NCBI GenBank assembly: GCA_964428015.1
Contig: CAYRWR010000007.1
Span: 21,546 to 85,545, forward strand
DNA from: an uncultured Brevinematales bacterium
Lineage (GTDB): Bacteria > Spirochaetota > Brevinematia > Brevinematales > CAYRWR01
Reading direction: 5' to 3'
DNA length: 64,000 bases
Below, in pieces: positions 43,943-55,400 of this stretch (position 1 is the stretch's first letter; each line of letters starts with the position of its first letter). The notes under the pieces were generated by a model, which saw only the letters and a list, made by a program, of their open reading frames with translations, was not told the origin of the DNA and did not search any database. Position numbers and translations under genes: made by a program.

Positions 43943-45055
43943 CTAAAGCTCCTCGCCCAGCTCCCGGGAAAAATCCTTGAGCAGGGACTTGGCTTTGGCG
44001 GACATGTTCTTGGGCACGTCGATCACCACTTCGTAGAAAATGTCTCCCCGCACTTTGGAACGGATATCGGGGGCGCCGTCGCCTTTGAGGCGGATCTGAT
44101 GGCCCACCTGGACTCCTGTGGGGATATTGATGGACTTGCTGCCCTCCAGGGTCTTGACATCGATCTTGCCGCCGAAGATAGCCCGGGGATAGGAAATATG
44201 CAGTTTGGCATGGAGGTCCTTGCCGTCGCGTTCAAATTCGGTATTGTTGCGCACGCCGATCAGGACATAGAGGTCGCCCCGGGGGCCGCCGTTTTTGCCC
44301 ACATCGCCTTCACCGGAGACGCGCAGGCGCATGCCGTCTTCCACCCCGGCGGGTATCTTGACGGTGATGACCGAGTCTTTTTCCTTGAGGCCGTGGCCGC
44401 GGCAGGAGGGACAGGGGTCGCTGATCTGGGTGCCGGTACCATGACAGGCGGGACAGGTAGTCTGCACGGTGAAAAAGCCCTGTGAGGTACGCACCGCGCC
44501 GCTGCCTCCACAGGTGGTACAGGCGGTGGGGGCTTTGCCGGATCGGCTGCCCGTGCCGTGACAGGTATCGCACACTTCATTGCGCTTGACTTTGAGTTTG
44601 AGATTTTTATCGTTTAATATATCGGTAATATCCAGATTGATATCGGCCCGGATGTCGGAACCTCGCGCTCTGCGGGGGCCGCTCTCGCGGGTACGCTGAC
44701 GGGTACCGCCGCCGAAGAAAGTGTCGAAGATGTCATCAAACACACCGCCGCCGCCCATGCCGCCGCCGAAGATATCGTTGAAATTGAAGCCGCCCTGGAA
44801 TCCGCCGGCTCCGCCTCCCCCGCCCTGCTGGAACGCGGCATGCCCGAACTGGTCGTACATTTTGCGTTTTTCCCCATTGGACAGGACATCGTAGGCTTCG
44901 GTAGCTTCTTTGAATTTATCTTCGGCTACCTTGTCGCCCGGATTGCGGTCGGGGTGGTATTGCATCGCCTTTTTGCGGTAGGCTTTTTTGATCTCATCGT
45001 CATTGGCATTCCGGGGAACGCCCAGGATCTCGTAAAAATCCTTTTCGGTGGCCAT
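43943..45055 (-). CDS. dnaJ: Molecular chaperone DnaJ
   Basis: It has a J-domain with HPDRNPGD, a G/F-rich region and four CxxCxGxG zinc motifs ([32 protein letters not shown]). Confidence 0.96.
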   Translation of the reverse strand: MATEKDFYEILGVPRNANDDEIKKAYRKKAMQYHPDRNPGDKVAEDKFKEATEAYDVLSNGEKRKMYDQFGHAAFQQGGGGGAGGFQGGFNFNDIFGGGMGGGGVFDDIFDTFFGGGTRQRTRESGPRRARGSDIRADINLDITDILNDKNLKLKVKRNEVCDTCHGTGSRSGKAPTACTTCGGSGAVRTSQGFFTVQTTCPACHGTGTQISDPCPSCRGHGLKEKDSVITVKIPAGVEDGMRLRVSGEGDVGKNGGPRGDLYVLIGVRNNTEFERDGKDLHAKLHISYPRAIFGGKIDVKTLEGSKSINIPTGVQVGHQIRLKGDGAPDIRSKVRGDIFYEVVIDVPKNMSAKAKSLLKDFSRELGEEL

Positions 45056-45122
45056 GAACAGCTCCTGATTTAAAATAAAGACATACCGCGGGACAGGGTC
45101 CCGCGGTGAGATTCAGTTTTTC

Positions 45123-47024
45123 TTATTTATCGTCGTCTACGACTTCAGCGTCTACGACTTTTTCACCCTTGTCGTCACCGCCCTGGTCATTGCCGCCGGG
45201 AGCGGGGCCGCCGGGCTGAGGTCCGCCCTGGGGATAGAGCTTCTTGGCGATCTCTTCAGAGATCTTGGACAGCTCTTCCATGGCTTTTTTGATGCGGGGC
45301 TCATCGTCGGTCTTGATGGCTTCTTTGACGGCTTCTATCTTGGCTTCCGCTTCTTTCTTTTCTTTTTCGTCTACTTTGTCCTTGCTTTCACGCAGGGCGT
45401 TTTCCAGTCCCATAGCCAGTCCGTCGGCCTGGTTTTTGAGTTCGACCAGTTCTTTGGCTTTTTTGTCTATTTCGGCGTTCTTTTCCGCGTCTTCCTGCAT
45501 GCGCTTCACTTCTTCTTCAGACAGACCGGAGCTGGACTCGATACGGATCTTCTGTTCCTTACCGGTGCCCATGTCCTTGGCGGATACATGGAGGATACCA
45601 TTAGCATCGATGTCAAAGGAGACTTCGATCTGGGGGACGCCGCGGGGGGCGGGTGGAATGCCGTCCAGGTTGAACATTCCCAGAGTACGGTTGTCCTTGG
45701 CCATGGGGCGTTCACCCTGCAGGACATGGATGGTCACCATAGTCTGGTTGTTGTCCGCCGTGGAGAAGATCTGTGACTTCTTGGCGGGGATGGTGGTATT
45801 ACGGGTGATCAGCACGGTGCAGACACCGCCCAGGGTCTCAATTCCCAGAGACAGAGGAGTCACGTCCAGGAGCAGCAGGTCTTTGACCTCTCCGGCCAGT
45901 ACTCCGCCCTGAATAGCCGCGCCCATAGCCACTACTTCGTCGGGGTTGACACCCTTGCTGGGGTCTTTGCCGAAGACTTTTTTGACCATATCCACGATGA
46001 AGGGCATACGGGTCTGTCCGCCTACCAGGATCACTTCGCTGAGCTGGCTCTTACTGATACCGGCGTCTTTGATCACGGCTTCACAGGGAGCGATAGCCCG
46101 TTCGATGATGGGCCGGGTGATATTTTCCAGCTGGGCGCGGGAAATGGTCATCTGGAGGTGCTTGGGCCCGCTGGCATCGGCAGTGATAAAGGGCAGGTTG
46201 ACCTGAGACTCCATCTTGGAGGACAGTTCAATCTTGGTCTTTTCAGCCGCGTCTTTGAGACGCTGTACGGCCATAGTGTCGCTGGCCAGGTCTATGCTGG
46301 ATTCTTTTTTGTATTCCGCGATGATATAGTCCATGAGGGCGTGGTCCAGGTCATCGCCTCCCAGGTGGGTATCCCCGTTGGTGGCCTTGACCTCAAACAC
46401 ACCGTCGCCGATTTCCAGGATGGAGATATCGAAAGTACCGCCGCCAAAGTCAAATACCGCGACCAATCCTTCTTTTTTCTTGTCCAGTCCATAAGCCAGG
46501 GCAGCGGCTGTAGGTTCATTGATGATACGCTCCACTTTGAGCCCGGCTATAGTACCGGCGTCTTTGGTAGCCTGACGCTGACTGTCGTTAAAATAAGCGG
46601 GTACGGTGATGACCGCGCTTTCGACCGTAGTGCCCAGATAATCTTCAGCGGCCTGCTTGAGCTTCTGCAGGACCCGGGCGGAGATCTCCTGGGGGCTGAA
46701 GTCGCCGGAGCGGGTGGAAAAACGCACGTCGCTGTGCTGACCGGCTATCACTTTGTAGGGTACCTTGGCGATTTCGCGGCCGGCTTCGTCATAGCGCATC
46801 CCGATGAAGCGCTTGGCGGAGTAGATGGTGTTGTCGTGGTTGGTGACCATCTGATTTTTGGCAGGCTGTCCTACTACGGTCTCTCCCTTTTCTGTAAAAG
46901 CTACGATGGAGGGAGTGGTACGAGCGCCTTCCTGGTTAGGGATGACAACAGGCTGACCGTTTTCCATGATGGCGACTACTGAATTGGTAGTCCCCAGGTC
47001 GATTCCGATTACTTTTCCTGGCAT
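45123..47024 (-). CDS. dnaK: Molecular chaperone DnaK (Hsp70)
   Basis: The track ORF starts at 47042. The ATG at 47024 (RBS GAGAGGA) gives [15 protein letters not shown] and lies 4 nt after the grpE stop. Hsp70 signatures are present throughout. Confidence 0.97.
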   Translation of the reverse strand: MPGKVIGIDLGTTNSVVAIMENGQPVVIPNQEGARTTPSIVAFTEKGETVVGQPAKNQMVTNHDNTIYSAKRFIGMRYDEAGREIAKVPYKVIAGQHSDVRFSTRSGDFSPQEISARVLQKLKQAAEDYLGTTVESAVITVPAYFNDSQRQATKDAGTIAGLKVERIINEPTAAALAYGLDKKKEGLVAVFDFGGGTFDISILEIGDGVFEVKATNGDTHLGGDDLDHALMDYIIAEYKKESSIDLASDTMAVQRLKDAAEKTKIELSSKMESQVNLPFITADASGPKHLQMTISRAQLENITRPIIERAIAPCEAVIKDAGISKSQLSEVILVGGQTRMPFIVDMVKKVFGKDPSKGVNPDEVVAMGAAIQGGVLAGEVKDLLLLDVTPLSLGIETLGGVCTVLITRNTTIPAKKSQIFSTADNNQTMVTIHVLQGERPMAKDNRTLGMFNLDGIPPAPRGVPQIEVSFDIDANGILHVSAKDMGTGKEQKIRIESSSGLSEEEVKRMQEDAEKNAEIDKKAKELVELKNQADGLAMGLENALRESKDKVDEKEKKEAEAKIEAVKEAIKTDDEPRIKKAMEELSKISEEIAKKLYPQGGPQPGGPAPGGNDQGGDDKGEKVVDAEVVDDDK

Positions 47025-47028
47025 TTTG

Positions 47029-47604
47029 TTATCCTCTCTCATTATCTTTCTTTATTTTTTTGGCTACTTTGACCTTGGCATGGCGCAGTACCGCCTCTCC
47101 CATCATGTAGCCTCTTTCAAACTCTTCCACCACTGTGCTGTCAAAGGGGAGGTCTTCCCTTTCTTCGATCATGAGCGCCTCATGCAGATTGGGGTCAAAC
47201 TCCTGGTTCACGCATTCGATAGGCTTGACATGATAGGTCTCAAACAGATTGTGAATCTGCTGGTGCACCATTTTGATGCCTTCCATCAGGGCGTCAAAAT
47301 TGCGCGACTCTTCACTGCTCTTGATACCCCTGTCAAAATTATCCAGTACCGGCAGAATGGCAGAGACCAGCTCCCGGTTGGCTGTGACGCGGTATTCTTC
47401 TTTTTCCTTGAGGGTGCGTTTGCGGTAATTATCAAACTCGGCAGCTTTGCGCAACAGCATATCATGCAGTTCCAGTTTTTCAGCTTCCAGTTTTTCTAAT
47501 TTCTGCTGGAGTTCATCCTCATGATGCTTCTTTTTGTCTTTTTTGTGATTCTTGTTTTCCTCAGGCTGGAGTTCATCCTTGGCTTGAGTCTCATTCTGAG
47601 ACAT
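47029..47604 (-). CDS. grpE: Nucleotide exchange factor GrpE
   Basis: The track ORF starts at 47631. The ATG at 47604 is preceded by GGAGGAGGAG. It has the GrpE coiled-coil and a C-terminal beta domain ([10 protein letters not shown]). Confidence 0.9.
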   Translation of the reverse strand: MSQNETQAKDELQPEENKNHKKDKKKHHEDELQQKLEKLEAEKLELHDMLLRKAAEFDNYRKRTLKEKEEYRVTANRELVSAILPVLDNFDRGIKSSEESRNFDALMEGIKMVHQQIHNLFETYHVKPIECVNQEFDPNLHEALMIEEREDLPFDSTVVEEFERGYMMGEAVLRHAKVKVAKKIKKDNERG

Positions 47605-47755
47605 GTTCTCCTCCTCCAAATCAATCAGCATTTAAATTTACAAATAACACACCCAATCGTCAAGTGGAAATCAGGGGATTGCTTATAATAGCGCTGAAAT
47701 ATTAATCATTTTCGGTAACTTCCGAAATATATAGAGTAATATTGAGGAGAGTTTT

Positions 47756-48796
47756 ATGAAAAAATTCCTGTTGATCCTGGCCGGCCTGCTCTGCCTATCC
47801 CCTGCCCTGGCGGAAGAGAAACCCAAAGGACTGGACCCGGTAGTGCTGGCGCAGTGGCAGAAAAACATGGATTACGGTATTTCTGCCCAAAGGATCGATA
47901 CCATCAAAGCCATCTCCCAGAATAAAAGCAAAGAAGCTTATTATCTGATAGAAAAAGCCTTGACCTCAGATCAGAATTCAGGGGTCAGAGGGGAAGCCGC
48001 CTACACTCTCATCAATCTCAAGCAGGATAATGCACAGGTATGGCTGCAGGCCCTCAAGTCGGAAAAAGACACTGAAGTACTGCGCCGCATTGTGTTCGGG
48101 ATTTCTGAGCTGAAAATAGCCAGCGCCGGGCCTCAACTCTACATTATTATGACCAATTATGTCTCCAATCCCAAAGAAAGCTACCTCACGGCCTCAGCTA
48201 TTCGGGCTATGGGAGAACTGAGCTACAAGACTGCGGGTAAAGCTATTTTTTCTCTCTTAACCAATCTGGAGATGTCTCCTGAGATACGCTCCGCCTCAGC
48301 CATAGCCATGGGTACCCTGGGCGGCGCGGATGAAATGAAAGAGGTGCGCTACCTGGTGGACAATCCCGGAGAGGATAAGGCGGTCCGCATGTACTGTGCC
48401 TACGCCCTGGGGAAATCAGGAGACAAACAGTACATAGATCTTTTGTTTAATCTCATAGCCAATGAAAAGGAAGACCTCTACATCCGGTTGTGGGCCATTG
48501 CGGGACTGGAATTTATCAAAGACCCTGTAGTCAGCGACAAGCTGATAGAGCTCACCAAAGTGGACCATAAGCAGGTCAGAGGCAAAGCTATCGAAACCCT
48601 GGGCAAGATGAAAGAGACCAAAGCCAAAGAAATCCTCATCTACAAAGCTAAATTTGACCCTGATTTTGAAGTGCAGAAAGCTGCCAAGAAAGCCCTGGTA
48701 GACATGGGCTATGACCTGGATGAAATAGCTAAAAAAGAAAAAGAAGCCCAGCAGGAAAAAGAAAAGCAAAAAGAAATGATGATGAATAAAAAATAA
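47756..48796 (+). CDS. Secreted HEAT/PBS-lyase-type repeat protein
   Basis: It has a signal peptide (LLILAGLLCLSPALA), repeated ~30-aa helical units with the V/IR..A..ALG pattern, and a Lys/Glu-rich tail. Confidence 0.72.
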   Translation: MKKFLLILAGLLCLSPALAEEKPKGLDPVVLAQWQKNMDYGISAQRIDTIKAISQNKSKEAYYLIEKALTSDQNSGVRGEAAYTLINLKQDNAQVWLQALKSEKDTEVLRRIVFGISELKIASAGPQLYIIMTNYVSNPKESYLTASAIRAMGELSYKTAGKAIFSLLTNLEMSPEIRSASAIAMGTLGGADEMKEVRYLVDNPGEDKAVRMYCAYALGKSGDKQYIDLLFNLIANEKEDLYIRLWAIAGLEFIKDPVVSDKLIELTKVDHKQVRGKAIETLGKMKETKAKEILIYKAKFDPDFEVQKAAKKALVDMGYDLDEIAKKEKEAQQEKEKQKEMMMNKK

Positions 48797-48828
48797 GCCA
48801 TAACATTTTTTCTACCACCTCCCATCAT

Positions 48829-48851
48829 AAAGCCCCTGTAACAGGGGCTTT
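48829..48851 (+). terminator. Terminator-like hairpin after the HEAT-repeat gene
   Basis: A perfect 10-bp stem pairs aaagcccctg with caggggcttt around a 3-nt loop. The U-tract is short, so termination efficiency is uncertain. Confidence 0.5.
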
Positions 48852-48912
48852 ATGGCGTTAGGGTTCCTTGTGATTTTCCCGGCATTGGGGTACAATATAT
48901 CCGGAGGCCGTC

Positions 48913-50373
48913 ATGCTGGAAAATGCAGATCTGGAAAGCAGGCTAAGCAAACCGGAATATAAATCCCAGATGGATGTACTGGAAAAGGAACTGGGTATAC
49001 TGCAGCGGCAGGCCCAGCAGGAAGGCAGACCCATCGCTATAGTATTCGAGGGATGGGATGCCGCGGGTAAAGGCAGCTGTATCAGCCGGCTCATCCAGGC
49101 ATTAGACCCCCGGGGCTATCAGGTCTATCCCACCAGCGCCCCCACTCAGGAAGAAGCCCTCCGTCCCTTCTTATGGAGATTCTGGAAAAACACACCGGCT
49201 AAAGGCCGTATCTCAATTTTTGACCGCAGCTGGTACGGTAAGGTGCTGTTTGAAAGGGTTAATAAGCTGATACCGGATAAGGAATGGAAAAACGCCTATG
49301 CCCGGATCACTGATTTTGAACAGGCCCTGGCAGCCGACGGGACAATATTGATCAAACTGTTTCTGCACATCTCTCAGGAACAACAAAAAAAACGCTTTGA
49401 AAAGATTAAAAAAAATAAAGCTGAAGCCTGGAAAGTCAGTCCCTCCGACTGGAAACAATACAAGCATTACCAGGATTACTGGTACGCTGTGGAAGACATG
49501 TACCATGCTACCCATCAGCCTGACGCTCCCTGGTTTCTGATTGAGACGGAACAGCTGCGCTACGGCATCCTGAAAATGTATAAGACCGTGATCAATGCCA
49601 TCCGCCATGGGCTCAGCCACAAACCCCGCCGTGTGAGTACGGGCTACAAAGCCTGCAAAAAATCTCTACTGGACCAGGCCGACCTGAGCCTGGAACTGTC
49701 CCGGGAAGATTATAAAGAGGAGCTGAAGAAGTACCAGAAAAGATTCCGTGAACTGGAATACATCATCTACACCCGAAGAATCCCGGTAATAATCGCCTAC
49801 GAAGGCTGGGACGCCGCCGGCAAGGGAGGCAATATCCGCCGACTCATCTCCGGACTGGACCCACGGGGCTTTGATGTCGTACCTATAGCCGCCCCTACCC
49901 CCCGGGAGCTGGCACACCACTACCAGTGGCGGTTCTGGAAGGAATTGCCCAAAGCCGGACATATCGCTATCTTTGACCGGACCTGGTACGGGCGGGTCCT
50001 GGTAGAAAGAATCGAAGGCTTCGCTGGGGAAACAGAATGGAAACGTGCCTATGCGGAGATAAATGCCATGGAAAAAGCCTGGACGCAGTCCGGCGCGGTC
50101 CTGGTCAAATTGTGGCTGCATATCAGCCCGGAAGAACAGCTGCGCCGTTTTGAAGAAAGAAAAAATACCCCGGAAAAGAACTGGAAGATTACCGACGAAG
50201 ACTGGCGCAACCGCGAAAAATGGGACGTGTATCATCAGGCGGTGGATGATATGCTGAGCCTGTGTTCCCCACCTGAGGCCCCCTGGACCATCATCGAGGC
50301 TAATTCCAAATATTTTGCCCGAATAAGAGTACTCAAGACAGTTTGTGAAGCTATCGAAAAAGTGTTAAAATAA
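48913..50373 (+). CDS. Two-domain polyphosphate kinase 2 (polyphosphate:AMP phosphotransferase-like)
   Basis: It has two PPK2 modules, each with a P-loop (FEGWDAAGKGS and YEGWDAAGKGG) and a lid (W...FDRSWYG and FDRTWYG). RBS GGAGG lies upstream. A possible promoter is TTGTGA, 17 nt, TACAAT (48868-48896). Confidence 0.9.
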   Translation: MLENADLESRLSKPEYKSQMDVLEKELGILQRQAQQEGRPIAIVFEGWDAAGKGSCISRLIQALDPRGYQVYPTSAPTQEEALRPFLWRFWKNTPAKGRISIFDRSWYGKVLFERVNKLIPDKEWKNAYARITDFEQALAADGTILIKLFLHISQEQQKKRFEKIKKNKAEAWKVSPSDWKQYKHYQDYWYAVEDMYHATHQPDAPWFLIETEQLRYGILKMYKTVINAIRHGLSHKPRRVSTGYKACKKSLLDQADLSLELSREDYKEELKKYQKRFRELEYIIYTRRIPVIIAYEGWDAAGKGGNIRRLISGLDPRGFDVVPIAAPTPRELAHHYQWRFWKELPKAGHIAIFDRTWYGRVLVERIEGFAGETEWKRAYAEINAMEKAWTQSGAVLVKLWLHISPEEQLRRFEERKNTPEKNWKITDEDWRNREKWDVYHQAVDDMLSLCSPPEAPWTIIEANSKYFARIRVLKTVCEAIEKVLK

Positions 50374-50400
50374 TTTATCCCTATCTCACAGGAGTCAAAT

Positions 50401-51861
50401 ATGAAAAGAATTTTTACTGCCGTGTTGTTTTTATTTAGCTTAGCCGGAATAAACAGCCTGTATGGCGCGACAACTTACCAGGCATTTCTGGAAGAATGCA
50501 CTACCCAGATAGAAAAACACTATGATAAATCGGTTAAAAGGCTCACTGTGACAGTTTTTCAGACCAGTCAGGAAAAATACCGGCAAAAACCGGAGATCGG
50601 AGAATATCTGGCGGATAAACTGGCAGACCGTCTGGTCAAAAGTAAAACCCTGAAAATCTACGAACGTTCCAAGCTCCAGGATATCATGAAAGAACACCAG
50701 CTCCTCATGTCAGGAGTAATCAATGAAGATGAAGTCGTCCGCCTGGGGGAACTGGCACCCATTGATGCCATTTTATTCGCCTCCTATCTCAAGCTCAAAG
50801 ATGTGGTGGAGATCAATATACGCTTAGTGGATGTGACTTCGGGAGAGATTGAATGGACATTTTCCCAGAGTGTACCCCTGGACGAGAGCCTGGCCAGCCT
50901 CTTTGCCTCCACTCAGGAAGTGAAACAGATCACCGAAGAAGAGCGCATCCAGATCATCCAGGATAAACTGGCCAATATCACCAGCCAGGATGACGTAGAC
51001 CTGATAGTCAAACAAGCAGTTAAAATACCCGTGTTTTCTGTCAAAGGGGATATACACAAAGATATCATCACCACTTTTAATAAACAGGAAATTACCTCTG
51101 AAAGCCTGTCTGCTTTTTACAGGACTAATCTGACTCAGATAGAAAAGATAGGCACCGAAGAGATCATGGTAAAGTGTCTCATGATGCTGCATTTTCAGAG
51201 AAAGAATAAAGCTCTCACTAAAGAGGATACCGAATTGGGACTGCGCATCCTGCGTATCTGGAACTCACCTCAATACTCCTCCTCCCTGGTGGATTATTTC
51301 CTGGTGCAGCTCGATCCCAAAACACCGGAAGCCACTTTGAAAAAGGATGTGGATAACTTTTATAATATGTATAAAAAAGGTGAACTGGGTAAAATGAGAC
51401 TGGATGATATTTTTATGCCCGTGGTGCAGGTATATTTTAACCGGGCTAATTATAATCCTGTCACCAATGACAATGTGGCCATCTATGCCATGGAATTGCT
51501 CTACCCTGGCCTCAGTCAGAAGAGAAAAAATACCATAGGTAATTCGCTGACCTTTTTATACCGGAGCACCAAGGATGATAAACTGAAAGCCAGGATCATG
51601 CTGGTACTGTGCCAGAATTTCAATGACAGGGAAAACAGTCTGGGTATCATGTATGATTTTGTAGACCTGGCACAAAAACTGAAAAAGGCCCAGGATAATC
51701 CTAAAGACAACCCGGAATTCCGGGGACAGGATTTACCGGTACTGGTCAGTCATTGTAAAGACAAAATAAAAATAGCCTATAAGGAAGTAGATCCCCGTAA
51801 TCAGTCCACCAAGTTGGAATGGAAGAACACCCTGGAGAACCTGGGTATTAAAGTGGAATAG
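50401..51861 (+). CDS. Secreted protein with a CsgG/LpoB-like N-terminal domain and a helical C-terminal region
   Basis: It has a signal peptide. The N-terminal pattern (GEYLADKLADRLVKSKTLKIYERSKLQDIMKEHQLLMSGVINEDEVVRLGELAPIDAILFASY) resembles CsgG/FlgO/LpoB-type domains. It is a paralog of the N-terminus of 61494..62702. Confidence 0.55.
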   Translation: MKRIFTAVLFLFSLAGINSLYGATTYQAFLEECTTQIEKHYDKSVKRLTVTVFQTSQEKYRQKPEIGEYLADKLADRLVKSKTLKIYERSKLQDIMKEHQLLMSGVINEDEVVRLGELAPIDAILFASYLKLKDVVEINIRLVDVTSGEIEWTFSQSVPLDESLASLFASTQEVKQITEEERIQIIQDKLANITSQDDVDLIVKQAVKIPVFSVKGDIHKDIITTFNKQEITSESLSAFYRTNLTQIEKIGTEEIMVKCLMMLHFQRKNKALTKEDTELGLRILRIWNSPQYSSSLVDYFLVQLDPKTPEATLKKDVDNFYNMYKKGELGKMRLDDIFMPVVQVYFNRANYNPVTNDNVAIYAMELLYPGLSQKRKNTIGNSLTFLYRSTKDDKLKARIMLVLCQNFNDRENSLGIMYDFVDLAQKLKKAQDNPKDNPEFRGQDLPVLVSHCKDKIKIAYKEVDPRNQSTKLEWKNTLENLGIKVE

Positions 51862-51962
51862 ACATTCTGACCGCCAGTGAAGAATCTCCTCAGTGATGAG
51901 GAGAGGATAGGTTCAATCACTTCCTTCTTTTCAGTGAGACCCTTCGTTTCACTCAGGGTGAC
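51861..51962. repeat. REP-like imperfect inverted repeat with an internal perfect hairpin
   Basis: The left arm is gacattctgaccgccagtgaagaatctc and the right arm is gagacccttcgtttcactcagggtgac (rc gtcaccctgagtgaaacgaagggtctc). An internal hairpin, tctcctca-gtga-tgaggaga, lies at 51885-51904. Confidence 0.45.
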
Positions 51963-52151
51963 ATAGAGGGTTGTGATTTGTTTCTGTCAGATTAAATAAT
52001 TTATTTATATAAAATATGAAGGGATCCTTTTACCCTAAACACTTGGAGTTCTCAGGATAAAAGGGGACCTTTATTCAAAGTCCGTCCTGCACTTGAAACT
52101 TTTGACATCTCAGCTTAAAATAATTGGAATGAATTTCGTAAGGGGACAGTC

Positions 52152-53591
52152 ATGGATATTCTCAGTCTGAGCGTGGGAGAATTATCCCGGGGTCTGAAAG
52201 ATAAACAATTCAGCTCGGTGGATATCACCAAAGCCTACCTGGACGCTATCGAAAAGGATAAAGCATCCTCTGAGCCGATCAATGCCTATATCAGCGTCTA
52301 TCCGGAACTGGCCCTGCAGCAGGCCAAACAGGCCGACCAGCTGATTCAATCCGGAAAGGCAACTACCCTGACCGGTGTCCCCATTGCCATAAAAGACAAT
52401 ATCAACATCAAGGGATTAACTACCACCTGTGCCTCCCACATTCTGAACGGCTACCACGCCAGTTACGACGCCGGTGTCATAGACCGCCTGGTCCACCGCG
52501 AAGGTATGGTAGTGCTGGGAAAGACCAACATGGATGAATTTGCCATGGGAAGTTCAACAGAAACTTCCTACTATGGTATCACCCGCAATCCGGTCGATAA
52601 AAACCGTATACCCGGAGGCTCTTCGGGCGGCTCTGCGGCTGCTGTGGGCGGACGCCTGGCGCCCATCGCCCTGGGCAGTGACACCGGAGGATCTATACGT
52701 CAACCCGCGTCACTTTGCGGTATAGTAGGTATGAAACCTACCTACGGCAGAGTATCCCGTTATGGCCTGGTGGCTTTTGCCTCCTCCCTGGACCAGATCG
52801 GCTCCTTATCACGTACTGTTGAAGACGGAGCTTTATTACTCCAGGCGATGTCCGGCCACGACGGCCGTGATTCCACCAGCCTGGAGCTGGAGTATAAGCC
52901 CTCCCCTCTCAACAGCCAGGTCAAAGGTCTAAAAATCGGCCTGCCTAAAGAGTTTTTTATCGACGGTATGGATGCTGCTGTGGAAAAAAATATCAAAGCT
53001 ACTATCGATCTGTTAAAGCAGCAGGGAGCGGAGATTGTGGAGATCAGCCTGCCCCACACCAAATACGCGGTAGCTACCTACTATATCGTGGCTACAGCAG
53101 AAGCCAGTTCTAATCTGGAACGCTTTGATGGTGTCAAGTACGGCCATCGCGCTGAAACTCAGACCCTGTCTGATCTTTACCTGCACAGCCGCAGTGAAGG
53201 CTTTGGCGAAGAAGTCAAGCGCCGTATCATGCTGGGTACTTATGTTCTCTCCGCGGGATATTACGATGCCTATTACTTAAAAGCCCTCAAAGTAAGGACT
53301 CTGATTAAAAATGATTTTGAAGAAGCTTTTAAAAAGGTAGATGTCATCCTGGGGCCAACGGCTCCCACCACAGCCTTTAAAATCGGTGAAAAACTCAACG
53401 ATCCCATTAGTATGTACCTCAGTGATATTTTTACCATCAGCGTCAATCTGGCGGGATTGCCGGCTATTTCCGTGCCCAGCGGCAAAGATAACCAGGGCCT
53501 GCCTATCGGGACTCAGATCATAGGCAGATTGCTGGATGAACAGACTGTACTGAATACTGCTCTGGCTGTTCAGAATCTGCAGGGGGTGTGA
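52152..53591 (+). CDS. gatA: Glutamyl-tRNA(Gln)/aspartyl-tRNA(Asn) amidotransferase subunit A
   Basis: It has the amidase signature [11 protein letters not shown] and a GatA-typical N-terminus ([10 protein letters not shown]). Confidence 0.95.
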   Translation: MDILSLSVGELSRGLKDKQFSSVDITKAYLDAIEKDKASSEPINAYISVYPELALQQAKQADQLIQSGKATTLTGVPIAIKDNINIKGLTTTCASHILNGYHASYDAGVIDRLVHREGMVVLGKTNMDEFAMGSSTETSYYGITRNPVDKNRIPGGSSGGSAAAVGGRLAPIALGSDTGGSIRQPASLCGIVGMKPTYGRVSRYGLVAFASSLDQIGSLSRTVEDGALLLQAMSGHDGRDSTSLELEYKPSPLNSQVKGLKIGLPKEFFIDGMDAAVEKNIKATIDLLKQQGAEIVEISLPHTKYAVATYYIVATAEASSNLERFDGVKYGHRAETQTLSDLYLHSRSEGFGEEVKRRIMLGTYVLSAGYYDAYYLKALKVRTLIKNDFEEAFKKVDVILGPTAPTTAFKIGEKLNDPISMYLSDIFTISVNLAGLPAISVPSGKDNQGLPIGTQIIGRLLDEQTVLNTALAVQNLQGV

Positions 53592-53592
53592 T

Positions 53593-54321
53593 ATGAAAAA
53601 ATGGTTACTTTTAACGATTTTTCCTTTGTTATTCTCCTGTTCCAGCCTGATCCGTAGTCCTCAACAGGCTCTTATTTCTGATTTTGCATTATTGGACAAA
53701 TCTTTTATTTCCGCTTTATATCTCTCCAGGCAGGGTGATCCCAATGCCGCTAGGAAATATTTTCCTGTACTCCGTAAACAATGGAAATATATCGCTACAA
53801 AGTATAAAAATGAATTGTTTGATGAAACCGGCTGGATCAATCCGGGGGATAAGATATCAATCATGATTACCGGGCTTCCCCAGATTTCCAGTGAGGATAT
53901 GCACGATGAGCTGGAAGACATTCAGGACCTGTTAACTGATTTAAGAGGCAGAAACGAAATAGATTATTATCTTGATTATTTGTTTCATTTTCATACTGCC
54001 ATGGAAACATTCGGTAACCTTGTACCCCTATGGATTAATAAATCCACCACCCTGGTCAATCTGAAAAACGCCGGTCGTACTATGGAAAGTGAATGGAATA
54101 AATGGAAAGCACAGTCCGTCAATCCCAGGATCTTTAGTATGAATAATGAAGATTATACTAAGCTGCAACAGCAAATTACAAATATGGATATGATTATGTC
54201 TAAAATGATACCTGCAATAAATGCCGGAGATCAGACCCAGATACCGGCCTTAATGCCGGATATCAAGAAAACGTATATTTCCTGTCTTTTACTGTTCAGT
54301 AATCTTGAGAAGAAAAAATGA
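53593..54321 (+). CDS. Hypothetical lipoprotein
   Basis: The lipobox is LLFSC. It starts 1 nt after the gatA stop, and its own stop forms an ATGA overlap with the rlmN start. There is no recognisable domain. Confidence 0.7.
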   Translation: MKKWLLLTIFPLLFSCSSLIRSPQQALISDFALLDKSFISALYLSRQGDPNAARKYFPVLRKQWKYIATKYKNELFDETGWINPGDKISIMITGLPQISSEDMHDELEDIQDLLTDLRGRNEIDYYLDYLFHFHTAMETFGNLVPLWINKSTTLVNLKNAGRTMESEWNKWKAQSVNPRIFSMNNEDYTKLQQQITNMDMIMSKMIPAINAGDQTQIPALMPDIKKTYISCLLLFSNLEKKK

Positions 54322-55400
54322 CGGATATTCTGGATATCTCTTTCAAGGACTTTAAAGAAAAACTGCAGGAACATGGTTATCCCCCCTATAAAGCCAATGC
54401 TATCCTGGGTTGGATCTATAAAAAAACCATCTTTGACTTTCAGGAAATGTCTGACCTCTCTAAAGCTATGCGATCAGAAATGGCGGAGCGGTATCGCGTA
54501 ATCAATCTGGAACAGGTTGACATGCAGCCCTCCACAGATGACGAAAGTTTTAAATTCGTATTCCGAACCCTGGACGGCAAATTCATCGAAAGCGTGCTTA
54601 TCGTCAGTGCCGACCCCGAAGAGCGCCTCACGGTCTGTGTCTCCTCCCAGATAGGTTGTGCCTTGGGCTGCGCTTTTTGCGCCACGGGACGTATGGGTTT
54701 TGACCGTGATCTGCTGGCCTCAGAGATCATCTCCCAGGTACTGCTCATTGACCGTTTCGCCAAACAGCATTTCAAACTGGATCCTAAAGACAGAGGCATC
54801 ACCAATGTCGTCTATATGGGCATGGGCGAGCCACTTTTGAATTATGAGCAGGTAGTCAAATCTATCCAAACCCTGAATTTTTCCGGCGCCTACAATCTGG
54901 GAAAACGGCATATCACTGTGTCTACAGCCGGGGTTGTCCCTCAGATTTTAAAAATCGCCCAGGATCTGGATCAGGTACGTCTGGCTGTATCTCTGAACAG
55001 CACAGACCAGGATAAGCGTAAGATACTTATGCCTCTTACCCTGAAGTATTCCGTCACTGAACTCCTCAACGCGGTCAGAGAGTATCAGGATGTCACCAAC
55101 CGGCGGGTCACTTTTGAATATGTGCTGATCGAAGGGATAAACGATACAGAAAATGATGTGATCAATATGAAAAGAGCCTTGTACAAACTCAAATATAACC
55201 TCAACCTCATCCCCTATAACGAAAACGATGAGATCGCCTTTGACAAACCTGCTGCCAATACCCTGAAACAGTTCAGAGGATATCTGAAAAAGCACGGTAT
55301 TCCCTTTGTAGAAAGATATTCCAAAGGCCAGGAGATCAAAGCTGCCTGCGGACAATTGGGCCTGAAACTGAAAAGACAGCAGGAACATGGCGCGCGATAA
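54318..55400 (+). CDS. rlmN: Radical-SAM 23S rRNA/tRNA adenine-C2 methyltransferase RlmN
   Basis: It has the radical-SAM motif CALGCAFCATG and RlmN-type N- and C-terminal blocks (YRA/KANAILGWIY, AACGQL). Confidence 0.92.
   Translation: MTDILDISFKDFKEKLQEHGYPPYKANAILGWIYKKTIFDFQEMSDLSKAMRSEMAERYRVINLEQVDMQPSTDDESFKFVFRTLDGKFIESVLIVSADPEERLTVCVSSQIGCALGCAFCATGRMGFDRDLLASEIISQVLLIDRFAKQHFKLDPKDRGITNVVYMGMGEPLLNYEQVVKSIQTLNFSGAYNLGKRHITVSTAGVVPQILKIAQDLDQVRLAVSLNSTDQDKRKILMPLTLKYSVTELLNAVREYQDVTNRRVTFEYVLIEGINDTENDVINMKRALYKLKYNLNLIPYNENDEIAFDKPAANTLKQFRGYLKKHGIPFVERYSKGQEIKAACGQLGLKLKRQQEHGAR

Noticed and set aside
42615-46982. Plus-strand ORFs antisense to the lptF-like gene, dnaJ and dnaK (42615-43535, 44099-44485, 45244-45912, 46158-46982)
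   Set aside because: They are antisense shadows in GC-rich genes, and the sense-strand products are unambiguous.
47632-47755. Expected CIRCE (TTAGCACTC-N9-GAGTGCTAA) operator upstream of grpE-dnaK-dnaJ
   Set aside because: I scanned the upstream region on both strands and found no such inverted repeat. No hrcA gene is present upstream either.
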